Source of the DNA: an uncultured Fibrobacterota bacterium
GTDB lineage: Bacteria; Fibrobacterota; Chitinivibrionia; Chitinivibrionales; FEN-1185
Direction of reading: 5' to 3'
DNA: 64,000 bases
Assembly: GCA_963753345.1 (NCBI GenBank)
Contig: CAVWBU010000015.1
Coordinates: 50,337-114,336, forward strand
Both the position numbers and the translations under genes were made by a program. This document shows positions 54,677 through 64,000 of the stretch, in pieces. The notes beneath the pieces were generated by a model. That model worked only from the letters and a program-made list of their open reading frames with translations. It searched no databases and was not told the DNA's origin. Every line of letters begins with the position of its first letter. Within the stretch, counting starts at the first letter, position 1.

Positions 54677-56149
54677 ATGTCATCACCTATTCGCGTCAGA
54701 TTTGCTCCATCACCCACAGGATACCTCCATGTGGGCGGGGCGAGGACCGCGCTGTTCAATTACCTTTTTGCAAAGCACAGCGGCGGGACGTTTATTCTCC
54801 GGATCGAAGACACCGACCGGTCCCGTTTCGTCGAAGGCGCACTCAGGGAAATCTACGACGGTCCTGCATGGCTCGGCCTTTCGTGGGACGAGGGGCCGGA
54901 TGTGGGCGGCAATTTCGGCCCCTATGTCCAATCGGAGCGCCTCGACCTCTATCAGAAATACGCGGGAGATCTTCTGGACAGGGGTTTGGCCTACCGTTGC
55001 TTCTGCACCCCGCAGCGTCTCGAAGAGGTGAGGCGTGACCGCGAAAAGGCAAAGATGCTTACCGGGTATGATCGGCATTGCCGCGACCTAGACAAAGAGG
55101 AAGTCGCAAACAGCCTGAAGGAAGGGAAGAAGTACACGGTCAGGCTTAAGGTTCCCCTGGACAGAAACATTGTGTTTAGCGACATGATAAGGGGGTCCAT
55201 AGAATACAAAAGCGATGTGCTCGACGACCTTGTTCTCCTCAAGTCGGACGGGTTTCCCACCTACCATCTCGCAAACGTGGTTGACGATCACGAAATGAAA
55301 ATATCGCATGTGCTGCGCGGCGACGAGTGGATTTCGTCAACGCCGCGCCACATCCTGCTGTACGAGGCATTCGGATGGACGCCGCCCGCGTTCGCGCACA
55401 TGCCCGTGATACTCGACCCGTCCGGTGGAAAACTGTCAAAACGCAAGGGCGCGGCGTCGGTGACGGATTACCGGAACAGGGGCATCCTGCCGGAGGCGCT
55501 GTTCAATTTTCTGGCGCTGCTCGGCTGGTCGCCGGGCGGCGGCGACGAGCGCGAGAAAATGACGCGCCAGGAAATCATCGAGGCATTCGCGCTCGACAAG
55601 ATTTCTCCCAAGGCCGCGGTGCTCGACGAAAAGAAGCTCGACTGGATGAACGGACGGTACATGGCCGAATATCCCGCTGAGCGGCTTGTTGCTGATGTCT
55701 GCAGGCTGTGGAAGGAAAAGCAGACCATTGCCCCGGACAGGAGCGAAAGCGACCCGTACCTGCTCGCCGTGGTGCGAATGTTCAAGGACAGGTCAAAGCG
55801 CATTAACGAAATCGCTGATAATTCAGTGTATTTTTTTCACGATCCGGCGACATATGAGGAAAAGGCAGCCACGAAACATTTCACATTGCAGGCGGCAGAA
55901 ATTCTGGAAATGTTGGCTGATAAGATAGCTGTGCTTGAACCCTATTCCAAGGATTCGCTTGATGCTCTTATTCATGCTTGCGCTTCTGATACGGGTTCAC
56001 AGATAGGAGATCTTATTCATCCGACAAGACTGGCCGTGAGCGGCGTGAGTTTTGGACCGGGGTTGTTTGAGATGATGGAAACTATAGGTAAAGAAACTGT
56101 GGTGAGGAGAATAAGAAAGGCAATTGATAAAATAAGAAAGAAAGATTGA
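54677..56149 (+). CDS. gltX: Glutamate--tRNA ligase
   Basis: 490 aa. RVRFAPSPTGYLHVGGARTAL (HIGH-type motif), RIEDTD, and KLSKRKG (KMSKS). Confidence 0.95.
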   Translation: MSSPIRVRFAPSPTGYLHVGGARTALFNYLFAKHSGGTFILRIEDTDRSRFVEGALREIYDGPAWLGLSWDEGPDVGGNFGPYVQSERLDLYQKYAGDLLDRGLAYRCFCTPQRLEEVRRDREKAKMLTGYDRHCRDLDKEEVANSLKEGKKYTVRLKVPLDRNIVFSDMIRGSIEYKSDVLDDLVLLKSDGFPTYHLANVVDDHEMKISHVLRGDEWISSTPRHILLYEAFGWTPPAFAHMPVILDPSGGKLSKRKGAASVTDYRNRGILPEALFNFLALLGWSPGGGDEREKMTRQEIIEAFALDKISPKAAVLDEKKLDWMNGRYMAEYPAERLVADVCRLWKEKQTIAPDRSESDPYLLAVVRMFKDRSKRINEIADNSVYFFHDPATYEEKAATKHFTLQAAEILEMLADKIAVLEPYSKDSLDALIHACASDTGSQIGDLIHPTRLAVSGVSFGPGLFEMMETIGKETVVRRIRKAIDKIRKKD

Positions 56150-56150
56150 T

Positions 56151-56272
56151 TTGGTGGGGGAAGTTTCCCCCTGCCTGCGGCCCTACGGTCCTCCGGCACC
56201 CCCTCGTGGGTGGCCCCCAAGGAAGTTGATTTGCAAGAAAGATGCCTCGGTTGGGGGGCACCCACGAAGAGC
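56151..56272 (+). repeat. Family-B structured intergenic repeat (subtype B2, short)
   Basis: TTGGTGGGGGAAGTTTCCCCCTGCCTGCGGCCCTACGGTCCTCCGGCACCCCCTCGTGGGTGGCCCCCAAGGAAGTTGATTTGCAAGAAAGATGCCTCGGTTGGGGGGCACCCACGAAGAGC. It begins directly after the gltX TGA (56147-56149). No octamer tract follows. Confidence 0.9.
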
Positions 56273-56335
56273 GGCTGTAGTTAATAATCAAATGACAAGA
56301 GGTTAATTCCCTCTTTGTAAGGAAAGCGGGGAAAA

Positions 56336-56500
56336 CCTTCTGTCCGCGCGTTAGGGGCGACTGGAGGTCCCGCTGAGGCGGGATGCCGCCCGGACCCGGC
56401 CCTGTGGGCCATAGGGCCGTGGCGGCCCGAGGGCGGAGCCCGAGACCGGAAGGAGAACCGACCCGAGCCCGAGCGCAAGCACGGGCGAGGGGAACGCCCA
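56336..56500 (+). repeat. Family-A structured intergenic repeat (type II, no 5' TTGAC arm)
   Basis: CCTTCTGTCCGCGCGTTAGGGGCGACTGGAGGTCCCGC-TGAG-GCGGGATGCCGCCCGGACCCGGCCCTGTGGGCCATAGGGCCGTGGCGGCCCGAGGGCGGAGCCCGAGACCGGAAGGAGAACCGACCCGAGCCCG..CGGGCGAGGGGAACGCCCA. It ends 40 nt before the glnS ATG. Confidence 0.88.
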
Positions 56501-56540
56501 GTCTTTCTTACTATACCAAAAAGGAAAAAGAGAGAACATC

Positions 56541-58254
56541 ATGACAGAAGAAAAAGTAAATCAGATTGCACCAGAATCCGAAAAACCCGCAAACTTCATC
56601 CGCGAGATCATCGCGCAGGACCTCGCATCGGGCAAGGTGAAGAAAGTGGTAACGAGGTTCCCGCCCGAGCCCAACGGCTATCTGCACATCGGACACGCCA
56701 AGGCCATAAGCATAGATTTCGGAATGGCCATGGAATTCGGCGGCGAATGCCACCTACGCTACGACGACACCAACCCGAGCAAGGAAGACCAGGAATATGT
56801 GGACGCCATCCAGCAGGACGTACGGTGGCTCGGCTACGACTGGGGAAAGCACCTCTATTATGCGTCCGATTACTTCCAGCAGATGTACGAGTGGGCGGTG
56901 CACATGATAAAGGCCGGCACGGCATACGTGTGCGACCTTTCTGCCGACCAGATGCGCGAGTACCGGGGCACGCTTACGCAGCCGGGAAAAGAAAGCCCGT
57001 ATCGCAACCGCACCGTAGTGGAGAACCTCGATCTGTTCGAGCGCATGCGCAAAGGGGAGTTTCCGGACGGCTCCCGTACCCTCCGGGCAAAAATAGACAT
57101 GGCATCGCCGAACCTTAACATGCGCGACCCCGCCATGTACCGCATCGTCAAGAAACCCCATCATCGCCAGGGCGATGCATGGTGCATCTATCCAATGTAC
57201 GACTGGGCCCAGGGCAACGAGGACGCCATAGAAGGGCGTCACGCATTCCCTCTGTTCGCTCGAATTCGAGAACCACCGGCCGCTGTACGACTGGTTCTTA
57301 AAACATGCGCCGGTGCCGTGCATTCCCCAGCAGCGGGAGTTCGCGCGTCTCAATCTCACCTATACCGTCATGAGCAAGCGCAAACTGCTCCAGCTGGTGG
57401 AGGAGAAATATGTAAGCGGCTGGGACGATCCGCGCATGCCGACGATATGCGGCATGCGGCGGCGCGGGTACGCGCCCGAGGCGATCCGCGCGTTCTGCGA
57501 AAAAATCGGCGTTGCCAAACGCGACAGCATGGTCGAGGTTGCCCTGCTAGAGCATTGCGTGCGCGAAGATCTCAACAGGCGTACGCCGCGTGCCATGGCC
57601 GTGCTGCATCCGCTCAAGGTCGTCATCGACAATTATGCGGACGGTAAAACCGAAGAGCTTGACGCGGTGAACAATCCCGAGGACCCTTCGATGGGGAGCA
57701 GGAAGGTTCCGTTCTCGAAAGTGCTTTACATCGAGAAAGAAGATTTCATGCTCGATCCGCCCAAGAAATTCTTCCGTCTTTCACCCGGCAGGGAAGTGCG
57801 GCTTCGGTATGCGTATTTCATCACCTGCACGTCGGTGGAAAAGGATGCCGCGGGTACGGTGACCGCCGTGCACTGCACTTACGACCCCGCCACGCGGGGC
57901 GGTGCCGCGCCCGACGGCCGCTCGCCAAAGTCAACCATGCACTGGGTTTCGGCGCAGCATTCGGTCTCCGCGGCAATCCGGCTCTACGACTATCTCCTGA
58001 CAAAGGAAAACCCGGCGGACGTCGCCGAGGGCATGGATTTCAAATCGCTCATCAATCCGCAGTCGCTCGTCGCGGTGAACGACGCCCGTCTGGAGCCGGC
58101 GCTCGCGCATGCAATGCCGGGCGACAGATTCCAGTTCGAGCGGGTGGGATATTTCTGCGCGGATACGGTCGACTCAAAACCGGGGAAACCGGTGTTCAAT
58201 AGGACGGTGTCGCTGAAGGATACGTGGGCGAAGATACAGAAGAAGCAGAAGTGA
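56541..58254 (+). pseudogene. glnS: Glutamine--tRNA ligase with a +1 frame disruption at 57234-57237
   Basis: Frame 0 gives ..NFIREII..DL......[20 protein letters not shown]... up to DAIEG, then nonsense. Frame 1 from 57235 reads [22 protein letters not shown]...[13 protein letters not shown].. through to the stop at 58254. The join DAIEG|[10 protein letters not shown] matches the conserved GlnRS block. One extra nt lies in or next to a GGG run. Confidence 0.85.
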
Positions 58255-58273
58255 AATTCCACATAAAATAAAA

Positions 58274-58314
58274 ATCCCGTTTCCCTGCCTTTGCAAGTGG
58301 AAACGGGATCTTTT
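58274..58314. terminator. Bidirectional intrinsic terminator between convergent glnS and the RRM-protein gene
   Basis: Perfect 11-bp stem ATCCCGTTTCC...GGAAACGGGAT (14-nt loop), followed by CTTTT on the plus strand and preceded by AAAATAAAA (a T-run on the minus strand). Confidence 0.8.
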
Positions 58315-58347
58315 ATCGGAAACCGCAACCTTCCGGTAAGGCTCTGC

Positions 58348-58653
58348 TTACCAGCGTCCGCCGCCGCCTCCTCCTCCGAACCCGCCTTTGCCGCGTCCGC
58401 CTTCCGGCTTTGGACGGGCCTCATTGACGGTGAGCGCGCGGCCTTCGAGCTCTTTGCCGTTCATGGCTGCGATGGCTGCCTGTGCTTCCTGGTCCGAACC
58501 CATTTCCACGAAGCCGAACCCCTTTGACCTACCAGAGTCCCGGTCGGTGATGACCTTGGCCGAGGCTACTGTCCCGAACCCTGCGAACATTTCCTGCAGC
58601 GAGCTGTCGCTAACGCTGTAGGGCAGGTTGCCTACATACAACTTGTTACCCAT
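58348..58653 (-). CDS. RRM-type RNA-binding protein with Gly-rich tail
   Basis: 101 aa. RNP2 KLYVGNL and RNP1 KGFGFVEM, with a C-terminal GGRGKGGFGGGGGGG tail. Confidence 0.9.
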   Translation of the reverse strand: MGNKLYVGNLPYSVSDSSLQEMFAGFGTVASAKVITDRDSGRSKGFGFVEMGSDQEAQAAIAAMNGKELEGRALTVNEARPKPEGGRGKGGFGGGGGGGRW

Positions 58654-58689
58654 CGAAACACTCCTTTAGGGCAGATGGTGACACTGTAC

Positions 58690-58720
58690 GGTTGCCACGG
58701 CGATGACTCACCGTGCAACC
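58690..58720 (-). promoter_or_regulatory. 5'-UTR stem-loop of the RRM-protein gene
   Basis: The minus strand reads GGTTGCACGG-tgagtcatcg-CCGTGGCAACC (10 bp with one bulge), about 35 nt upstream of the ATG. A possible TTTACC..TATTAT promoter lies just upstream. Confidence 0.45.
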
Positions 58721-58814
58721 GCTTTCGTTGATAATATAGTTTCCTCGCGAAGGTAAAGCACTTTTTTTGATTTTTAGGTGGTTTTTCGGAAATCCGGGTC
58801 CGGCGGTTCCGGAT

Positions 58815-60017
58815 CTAGCGGGCGATGAGAAACGGCACAACGCCGATGCGGTTGCCGCACGAAAAGAATTCCACATAATATGTCCCGGGCCTTATTCCCT
58901 TAAGGTCAAGCTCTGCGTATCCACCCCCGTACCCCTGCTTGACAAAAGCAGGTTGTGCAATCATGGTTCCCCTTGCATCAACAAGCGTGAACGAAACGCG
59001 GCCAATGTCAAGCCCGGTACCGGCGATTCGCCAGCGGCGGGCTCCACAGGAGGTGATGGACAACCCGTCGATCGCCGGAGGACGGCCTCCAGATGCAGCG
59101 CTGGTCGTTCCCATCACCGCGTCGCGCACTTCGCCGAGGAATTTCGGGACCACGGTGTAGGGGTCCCCCGAAAGGGCCTCAAGCAGCAGGTACCCGGTAA
59201 AACCTCCGGTCCGAAGAATGTTCACCACGTCCGGCAGGTCGTTCTCCACGTTCTGCTTGATGAGGAAATTCGTCGCATACGGCAAGGCGGCCGCGAGGTC
59301 GGCGTCCAGGTTGGCGGTGACGAAAGAGCCGGTGTCGAGAAGGACGCCGAAATTTGAAGAGTTTACGAGTCCGACGAGCGTGATGATCTGTGCCGCCGTG
59401 GTGAGCAGGTCGGCGTGGTTCTGCACCACGATTTTCACACCGTAAGGTTGCGCGTAGTCGGCGCACTGCTTCATGCAATCGGCCGTCCAGGCTGCGACCT
59501 CGTTCCAACTGTTCGCCGAGCCCGAAGGCAGGGGCCCGCAGAAGACGCGCAGCACGGGCGCGCCGAGTTTGGCCGCCACGCCGACCCAGTTCTTGACAAG
59601 CTGGACATCCGCAGCGCGGGCCGCCGCGTCGGTGGAGGCGAAGTTGTCGTTTACCCCGGTGCCGCTGATGGCGATGCCCGACGCGGCGGCCTTGTCCTTG
59701 ACACTCGCGATATATGCGTCGGAGGGAACGGCCGGGTATCCCGGGAAGTAGTATCCCTGCATGTCGATGGCGTCGAACCCGTTTGTTTTGCAGAAGTCAA
59801 TTGCGTCGGCAAGGGTCATTCCCGGCGATACGCCGTTTGCGCCGTTGGTGAGCAACGTGTTGAAAGAATAACAGTTGAGGCTGATCTTGTAGGGCCCGCC
59901 GTAATAAGATACGGCAAGGGAGCTCTGAGCGAACGCACTCCGCGCGTACAATGGCATTCCCATCGCAGCGGCAAGCGGCACCAGCGATGCGGCGGAGACG
60001 AATTCTCTTCTGTTCAT
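58815..60017 (-). CDS. Tat-signal xylose-isomerase-like TIM-barrel protein with T9SS-type C-terminal domain
   Basis: 400 aa. MNRREFVSAASLVPLAA twin-arginine-like leader. Sugar-phosphate isomerase/epimerase-like core. CTD ending GIRPGTYYVEFFSCGNRIGVVPFLIAR. It begins 21 nt downstream of the GH2 stop codon. Confidence 0.6.
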   Translation of the reverse strand: MNRREFVSAASLVPLAAAMGMPLYARSAFAQSSLAVSYYGGPYKISLNCYSFNTLLTNGANGVSPGMTLADAIDFCKTNGFDAIDMQGYYFPGYPAVPSDAYIASVKDKAAASGIAISGTGVNDNFASTDAAARAADVQLVKNWVGVAAKLGAPVLRVFCGPLPSGSANSWNEVAAWTADCMKQCADYAQPYGVKIVVQNHADLLTTAAQIITLVGLVNSSNFGVLLDTGSFVTANLDADLAAALPYATNFLIKQNVENDLPDVVNILRTGGFTGYLLLEALSGDPYTVVPKFLGEVRDAVMGTTSAASGGRPPAIDGLSITSCGARRWRIAGTGLDIGRVSFTLVDARGTMIAQPAFVKQGYGGGYAELDLKGIRPGTYYVEFFSCGNRIGVVPFLIAR

Positions 60018-60038
60018 GGTGTCTCCAATCCTGCGATG

Positions 60039-62819
60039 CTACTGCACCACCACAATTCGTTTTGCAATGGAGAATTGCCCGTCGGCGACACACCGCACGA
60101 TGTAAACCCCGTTGCCGACGGTGCCGGTCGCCGAAGCACCGGGCAACTGAATGGAATGCCATCCCTGTGCGCGCGGTGCTGAAGGCATGCGCACAACTGC
60201 TCTTCCGTTCGCGCCGAGCACTTCGACCGTCACGTTCGCCTGCCTGCCGATAAAATACCGGATGATGCCTCCATGCGCGGCTACGTTAAATGCGGGCAAA
60301 GAAGCATTGTCGAGCTGCTGCACAGTCCGTCCGAATGAAACCGCAGTGTAGTCCGGCACAGGATATACCGTGTACGCGGCGGTGGCCGTGCCGTTGAGGC
60401 CCACGCCCGTCGCCGAAACCGTGACCATTCCCGCATCAAACGTAGAGCGCACTGCGATCTTGCACATGCCGCCCTCGGCAAGCATGTACGGATCGCCGGG
60501 ATTGGCGCCGGCGTCCTGATTGGCGCCGCCGCGGTAGGTGCAGGGCCCGGAAACGCTGAAGTTGATCTGGTTGGTTGCCGTGGGAACCCAGAGGTTGGTT
60601 GCATCCGCAACGGTTGCAAGGATAAACGCGCAGTCGGAACCGTTGGCCGTTATCTTGAACACCTCGCCGTTCGGCTTGACAAGCGGCGGTTCAACGGTGA
60701 GCAGGACATGGTCGGCCGCGCCGGCGGTCTTCTTCTCGTCAAAGCAGACCGTGTTGCCCGCAGAGTCCAGGCCTTCGGCCCGGAGCGTCCCCGCCGCCCA
60801 CGTCACGTTGTCCCACCAGCACTGGTACGGCAATGACGTGGACGTGTTCGTCTTATCGTCGTTGTCGGTCAATTCGGGATTGGGCTTTTTCACGCCGAGA
60901 CTTGTGCCGTTCAAAAGGAGCCGCACGCTGTCGCAATTGCTGAAAACGTTGACCCGTACAACGCCCGTCCGGTTCCAATGATGGGCGATGGCAACCGAGG
61001 GTTTTACCTTATAGGGTATCCATGCGGCCCTGTAGATGTAATAGATGAATTTCGGGATGCGGCTGAAATCCATGATCGACGTTCCGAACGACCTGCCCAA
61101 GCCGGTTTCGCCCGGCGACTCTGCCAAATACCAGTGCGCCAGGCCGAACGCGTTCGCCTTGATGTCGTTCTTCCAGTTCTGCAAATATTCGCCGGCAAAC
61201 AAGAGCTCGTTGTCGTAGTCGTAACGGAACCCCTTGGTGCCCCATCCCTCCGCGCCCCAGCCCGGGAAATCGGTGCACAGCGAGTTGAGCTTCTGGCCGG
61301 CTTCGCATCCTGTCAATGAGCACGAGATCAGGTCGGAAACCTTGTCCTGGCAGGCGCGCAGATACCCGCGGTCCGACTGCGGGTGCTGCGTGATGGGGTC
61401 CCACAGTTTCGCGAGGTCTTTGAGCGACTGGGCATAGCTCGCGGTGATGCCGGCGTTGCTCACTTCCCAGGCGAGAATGCTCGGGTTGTTCCGGTCGCGC
61501 ACGATCATGTCGCGGTGGCATTCGTTCTTGAGCAGGCACGAGGGTTCGGTGCCGGTCACGGTCGCAAACGACCCTTCGCCTTCGCCGCTGGGCTGGACGA
61601 TCATGACGCCGTACGCGTCGCCGGCCTCCACCAGCTCGCGGCTGTGGCATGAATGACCCGGTCTCCAGAGCCTGGCGCCGCATGCCGCGGCAAGCTTGAC
61701 GTCGCGCCACTGCTGTTCCTCGGGTACGGCCGAACCGAGCGCGGGATAGTCGTAGCGGCTGGCCACTCCCCACAGGTAATGCTGATGGCCGTTGATATAG
61801 GGGAAATTGATGTCCCAGGTGATCACCCGGATGCCCAGCGGGCTCTGGAAGACGTCGACCGTGGTATTCCCGACTTTCACGATGTGAAAGACTTTGTAGA
61901 GGTACGGCGTGCCCCATGGGCTGTTTGCCGGATACCACAGGTGCGGGTTCGGAATGTCGCCGGACTGGTCGAACACGAAACTTGAGTCCGCGGCGATTGA
62001 CTGCGAGCTTGTCTTTGTCAAGACAACCGTGTTGGCCGAGTCAACCACCTTCGTAGTGAGCGTGACCACCTCGGCCGCGCCGCTTTCATTCTGAACATTG
62101 GTCATCATCCTCACCGTGGCCGAGGCATCGGTGGCCGAGACCGTGCCCACGCAGGTGCCCCATTTATTGACAACCGAATACACGTTCTGCGGAACATACA
62201 CCTTGTCGGTGATGTGCATCCACACGGGCCGGAACAGCCCCCCGTCATTCTGGCCGAATCTGAACGACATGGAGAAATTCGGGTCGGCAAAGAGCACGCC
62301 GGCATTACTGCTGATGCGCACCGCAAGAACGTTGTCGGCGCCGCCGAACGTCACCTTGCCGGTGACGTCAACGATAAACGGGATGAACCCGATCACGTGC
62401 GTTGCCTGAGGGTTCACCACGCTGTTACCGGGGATAAAGGTGCCGTTGATGTACACCGCGCAACCCACATGCGCGCCCTCGAACTCGATGAAGATGTTTC
62501 TTGACGCATAGGCGTTATCGAGCGTGAAGTGCTTCCGATACCAGGCCATGCCGCTCCAGGCGCCGCCCGTGCCTGCCGCTGTATTGGTGTAGGTGTCCAT
62601 GTCGTTCCAGCAGTGGGGAATGCCCACCGTGGTCCAGCCCACGTCGCTGAACGTTGGTGCCTGGGCGCCCACGGGATCGCTCTTGGTGAACTTCCAGGGC
62701 GTTGCGCCCATGTTGATCTTCACCCGGTTGCTCGGTTCGCCGGTGTAGATTTCGGCCATGCAAACAGAAATGGCTGCTGACAGAATAAGAAACGCGCTTG
62801 TAAGCAGGCGGATCCTCAT
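60039..62819 (-). CDS. Secreted glycoside hydrolase family 2-like protein with Ig-like domains and T9SS-type C-terminal domain (paralog)
   Basis: 926 aa from MRIRLLTSAF (62819). Colinear with 22975..25776 (NRVKINMGATPWKFTKSDP.., WYRKHFTLDNAY, GEVFKITANGSDCAFILATVADATN). CTD ending GNGVYIVRCVADGQFSIAKRIVVVQ. Confidence 0.72.
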   Translation of the reverse strand: MRIRLLTSAFLILSAAISVCMAEIYTGEPSNRVKINMGATPWKFTKSDPVGAQAPTFSDVGWTTVGIPHCWNDMDTYTNTAAGTGGAWSGMAWYRKHFTLDNAYASRNIFIEFEGAHVGCAVYINGTFIPGNSVVNPQATHVIGFIPFIVDVTGKVTFGGADNVLAVRISSNAGVLFADPNFSMSFRFGQNDGGLFRPVWMHITDKVYVPQNVYSVVNKWGTCVGTVSATDASATVRMMTNVQNESGAAEVVTLTTKVVDSANTVVLTKTSSQSIAADSSFVFDQSGDIPNPHLWYPANSPWGTPYLYKVFHIVKVGNTTVDVFQSPLGIRVITWDINFPYINGHQHYLWGVASRYDYPALGSAVPEEQQWRDVKLAAACGARLWRPGHSCHSRELVEAGDAYGVMIVQPSGEGEGSFATVTGTEPSCLLKNECHRDMIVRDRNNPSILAWEVSNAGITASYAQSLKDLAKLWDPITQHPQSDRGYLRACQDKVSDLISCSLTGCEAGQKLNSLCTDFPGWGAEGWGTKGFRYDYDNELLFAGEYLQNWKNDIKANAFGLAHWYLAESPGETGLGRSFGTSIMDFSRIPKFIYYIYRAAWIPYKVKPSVAIAHHWNRTGVVRVNVFSNCDSVRLLLNGTSLGVKKPNPELTDNDDKTNTSTSLPYQCWWDNVTWAAGTLRAEGLDSAGNTVCFDEKKTAGAADHVLLTVEPPLVKPNGEVFKITANGSDCAFILATVADATNLWVPTATNQINFSVSGPCTYRGGANQDAGANPGDPYMLAEGGMCKIAVRSTFDAGMVTVSATGVGLNGTATAAYTVYPVPDYTAVSFGRTVQQLDNASLPAFNVAAHGGIIRYFIGRQANVTVEVLGANGRAVVRMPSAPRAQGWHSIQLPGASATGTVGNGVYIVRCVADGQFSIAKRIVVVQ

Positions 62820-63025
62820 AACGGTTTTCCTCCGGTTTGTGGGCGGGCGAGGCTCCTGTCGGAAGATGACGCCGATTGCGGGTGAGCAGCCATCCCCGGC
62901 GGCTTCTCCATAATATAAGAGAAAACCATTGCGGGTTCCTGGGAAAACTTGCGCGTTTGGTAAGGAACTGGTTTCACGGGGCAATCGCGGCTGCACGCCG
63001 CGAACTATTTTGAACAACCGATGCC

Positions 63026-63586
63026 ATGAAATCCTCCTCTTCATCCATTTTGCTTCGCGCTGTCGTCCGTCATCCACTCACCGATGTCACGCTTTTTGCA
63101 GGACAAACCGCATCCGGCATGGTTGTGGCGGGCATTTGCTTCGGCATGGTCAGGTCGCTTGGTCGACAACATGCGCAGGACTCGACAATACCCGAATTGC
63201 AGGAGTGGACCGGATTTGTAAAGGATTTCCTATCCGGTGGTGTGCGGTCGCTCAAAGAATTACCGCTGGATTTCACAGGATTCACGCCATTTGCAAAATC
63301 AGTTGCCGCCGCGTGCCAAAGAATTTCTTATGGCGCCACGGTGTCGTACTCACAGCTTGCCGCAATGGCAGGACACCCGGATGCCGTCCGCGCTGCAGCA
63401 TCGGTAATGCGAAATAATAGGTTTCCGCTGGCCGTGCCTTGCCACCGGGTGATTGCGAAGAATGGACGACCTGGCGGATTCATGGGGACAAGAACGGGCA
63501 AGCCTCTAGCGCTCAAGGCGGCACTGCTCGATATGGAACGAAAGGCCCTCGGTTTCCGTTCCCTTACAAAAAACCTGGCTCCCTGA
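63026..63586 (+). CDS. ogt: Methylated-DNA--protein-cysteine methyltransferase
   Basis: 186 aa. Active-site PCHRV (LAVPCHRVIAKNG..GGF) and the helix-turn-helix block TVSYSQLAAMAGHP.AVRAAASVMRNN. The start may be internal. Confidence 0.88.
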   Translation: MKSSSSSILLRAVVRHPLTDVTLFAGQTASGMVVAGICFGMVRSLGRQHAQDSTIPELQEWTGFVKDFLSGGVRSLKELPLDFTGFTPFAKSVAAACQRISYGATVSYSQLAAMAGHPDAVRAAASVMRNNRFPLAVPCHRVIAKNGRPGGFMGTRTGKPLALKAALLDMERKALGFRSLTKNLAP

Positions 63587-63705
63587 CCAACTGCCCACAA
63601 AAATTACTAAGAACAGTATTGAAAATCGTGCACTGTAGTGGTATAATCATTCTGCCGGTATACAGACCGTTGCCGGCATAGCACACTTTTCCCCTTGGCG
63701 CGTCA

Positions 63706-64000
63706 ATGAACATGGAGCCGGTTATGGCAAAGCGTGAATCCGCCCACGATCGACGAATTCACCCGAGACTTCCCTGCAATTCGTCGCCTTTTCAGGTGTC
63801 TTTCAGGTGCAACGGCGGGGACATGTCGGCATTTGTCGAGGATATTTCGTCCATGGGCGCCAGGCTGCGCATGAATAAGGCATCGGAGCACATTCCTTTT
63901 CTCATCCAGGGGGAGTTTACCTACACGTTTCATACCGCGCTCGGTCCCACGCAATGCAAGGCGAAAACAGTGTGGGTGCAGCGCAAGGGCGTTGAATTCT
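63706..64000 (+). CDS. PilZ-domain protein, 3'-truncated by the window edge
   Basis: It is open to the window end, so it is not in the ORF track. MNMEPVMAKRESAHDRRIHPRLPC....GDMSAFVEDISSMGARLRM matches the PilZ RxxxR ... D.S..G motifs. Confidence 0.6.
   Translation, partial: MNMEPVMAKRESAHDRRIHPRLPCNSSPFQVSFRCNGGDMSAFVEDISSMGARLRMNKASEHIPFLIQGEFTYTFHTALGPTQCKAKTVWVQRKGVEF

Noticed and set aside
63703-63954. Listed 83-aa ORF on the minus strand at the window end.
   Set aside because: It is antisense to a plus-strand ORF that is open to the window edge and has clear PilZ motifs (RxxxR, D.S..G).

Overview
GC-rich bacterial chromosomal window (roughly 60% GC by eye), dominated by housekeeping genes. 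No rRNA, tRNA, CRISPR array, transposase, integrase or phage gene was recognised.

Gene content:
- Core metabolism and translation: ddl, glyQS, purC, carA-carB-pyrG-purF, gltX, glnS, bioB, acpS, tsaB, ychF-like.
- SOS/mutagenesis cluster: lexA, dnaE2-like, imuB-like, DUF72, dinB, and ogt further away.
- c-di-GMP/partner-switch signalling cluster: HD-GYP, REC, STAS, REC-histidine kinase, plus a PilZ gene at the window edge.
- yefM-yoeB toxin-antitoxin pair.
- Secreted proteins with T9SS-type C-terminal sorting domains (two GH2 paralogs, an Ig-repeat protein, a TIM-barrel protein, a hydrolase-like protein) and a PorV-like outer-membrane protein. This suggests an FCB-group/Fibrobacterota-like lineage, which is inference only.

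Most unusual feature: a dense population of structured intergenic repeats that I cannot assign to any known family.
- Family A is about 100-215 nt, with about 16 copies.
- Family B is about 120-165 nt, with about 10 copies plus fragments.
- Short tracts of a tandem GTTGAANN octamer occur about 10 times.
- These parts repeatedly assemble in the fixed order stop codon - B - octamers - A - next start codon. Several helices are supported by compensatory substitutions between copies.

Other points of note:
- Frame disruptions in dnaE2, glnS and a large Ig-repeat gene. These are either real pseudogenes or indel errors.
- A candidate LexA operator overlapping the lexA -10 box.
- A roughly 1.3-kb AT-rich islet with two small lipoprotein-like ORFs.
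- A roughly 280-nt terminated leader upstream of carAB.
- A YchF-like protein lacking the Walker A lysine.

All repeat and motif coordinates were indexed by hand and may be off by about 5-10 nt.
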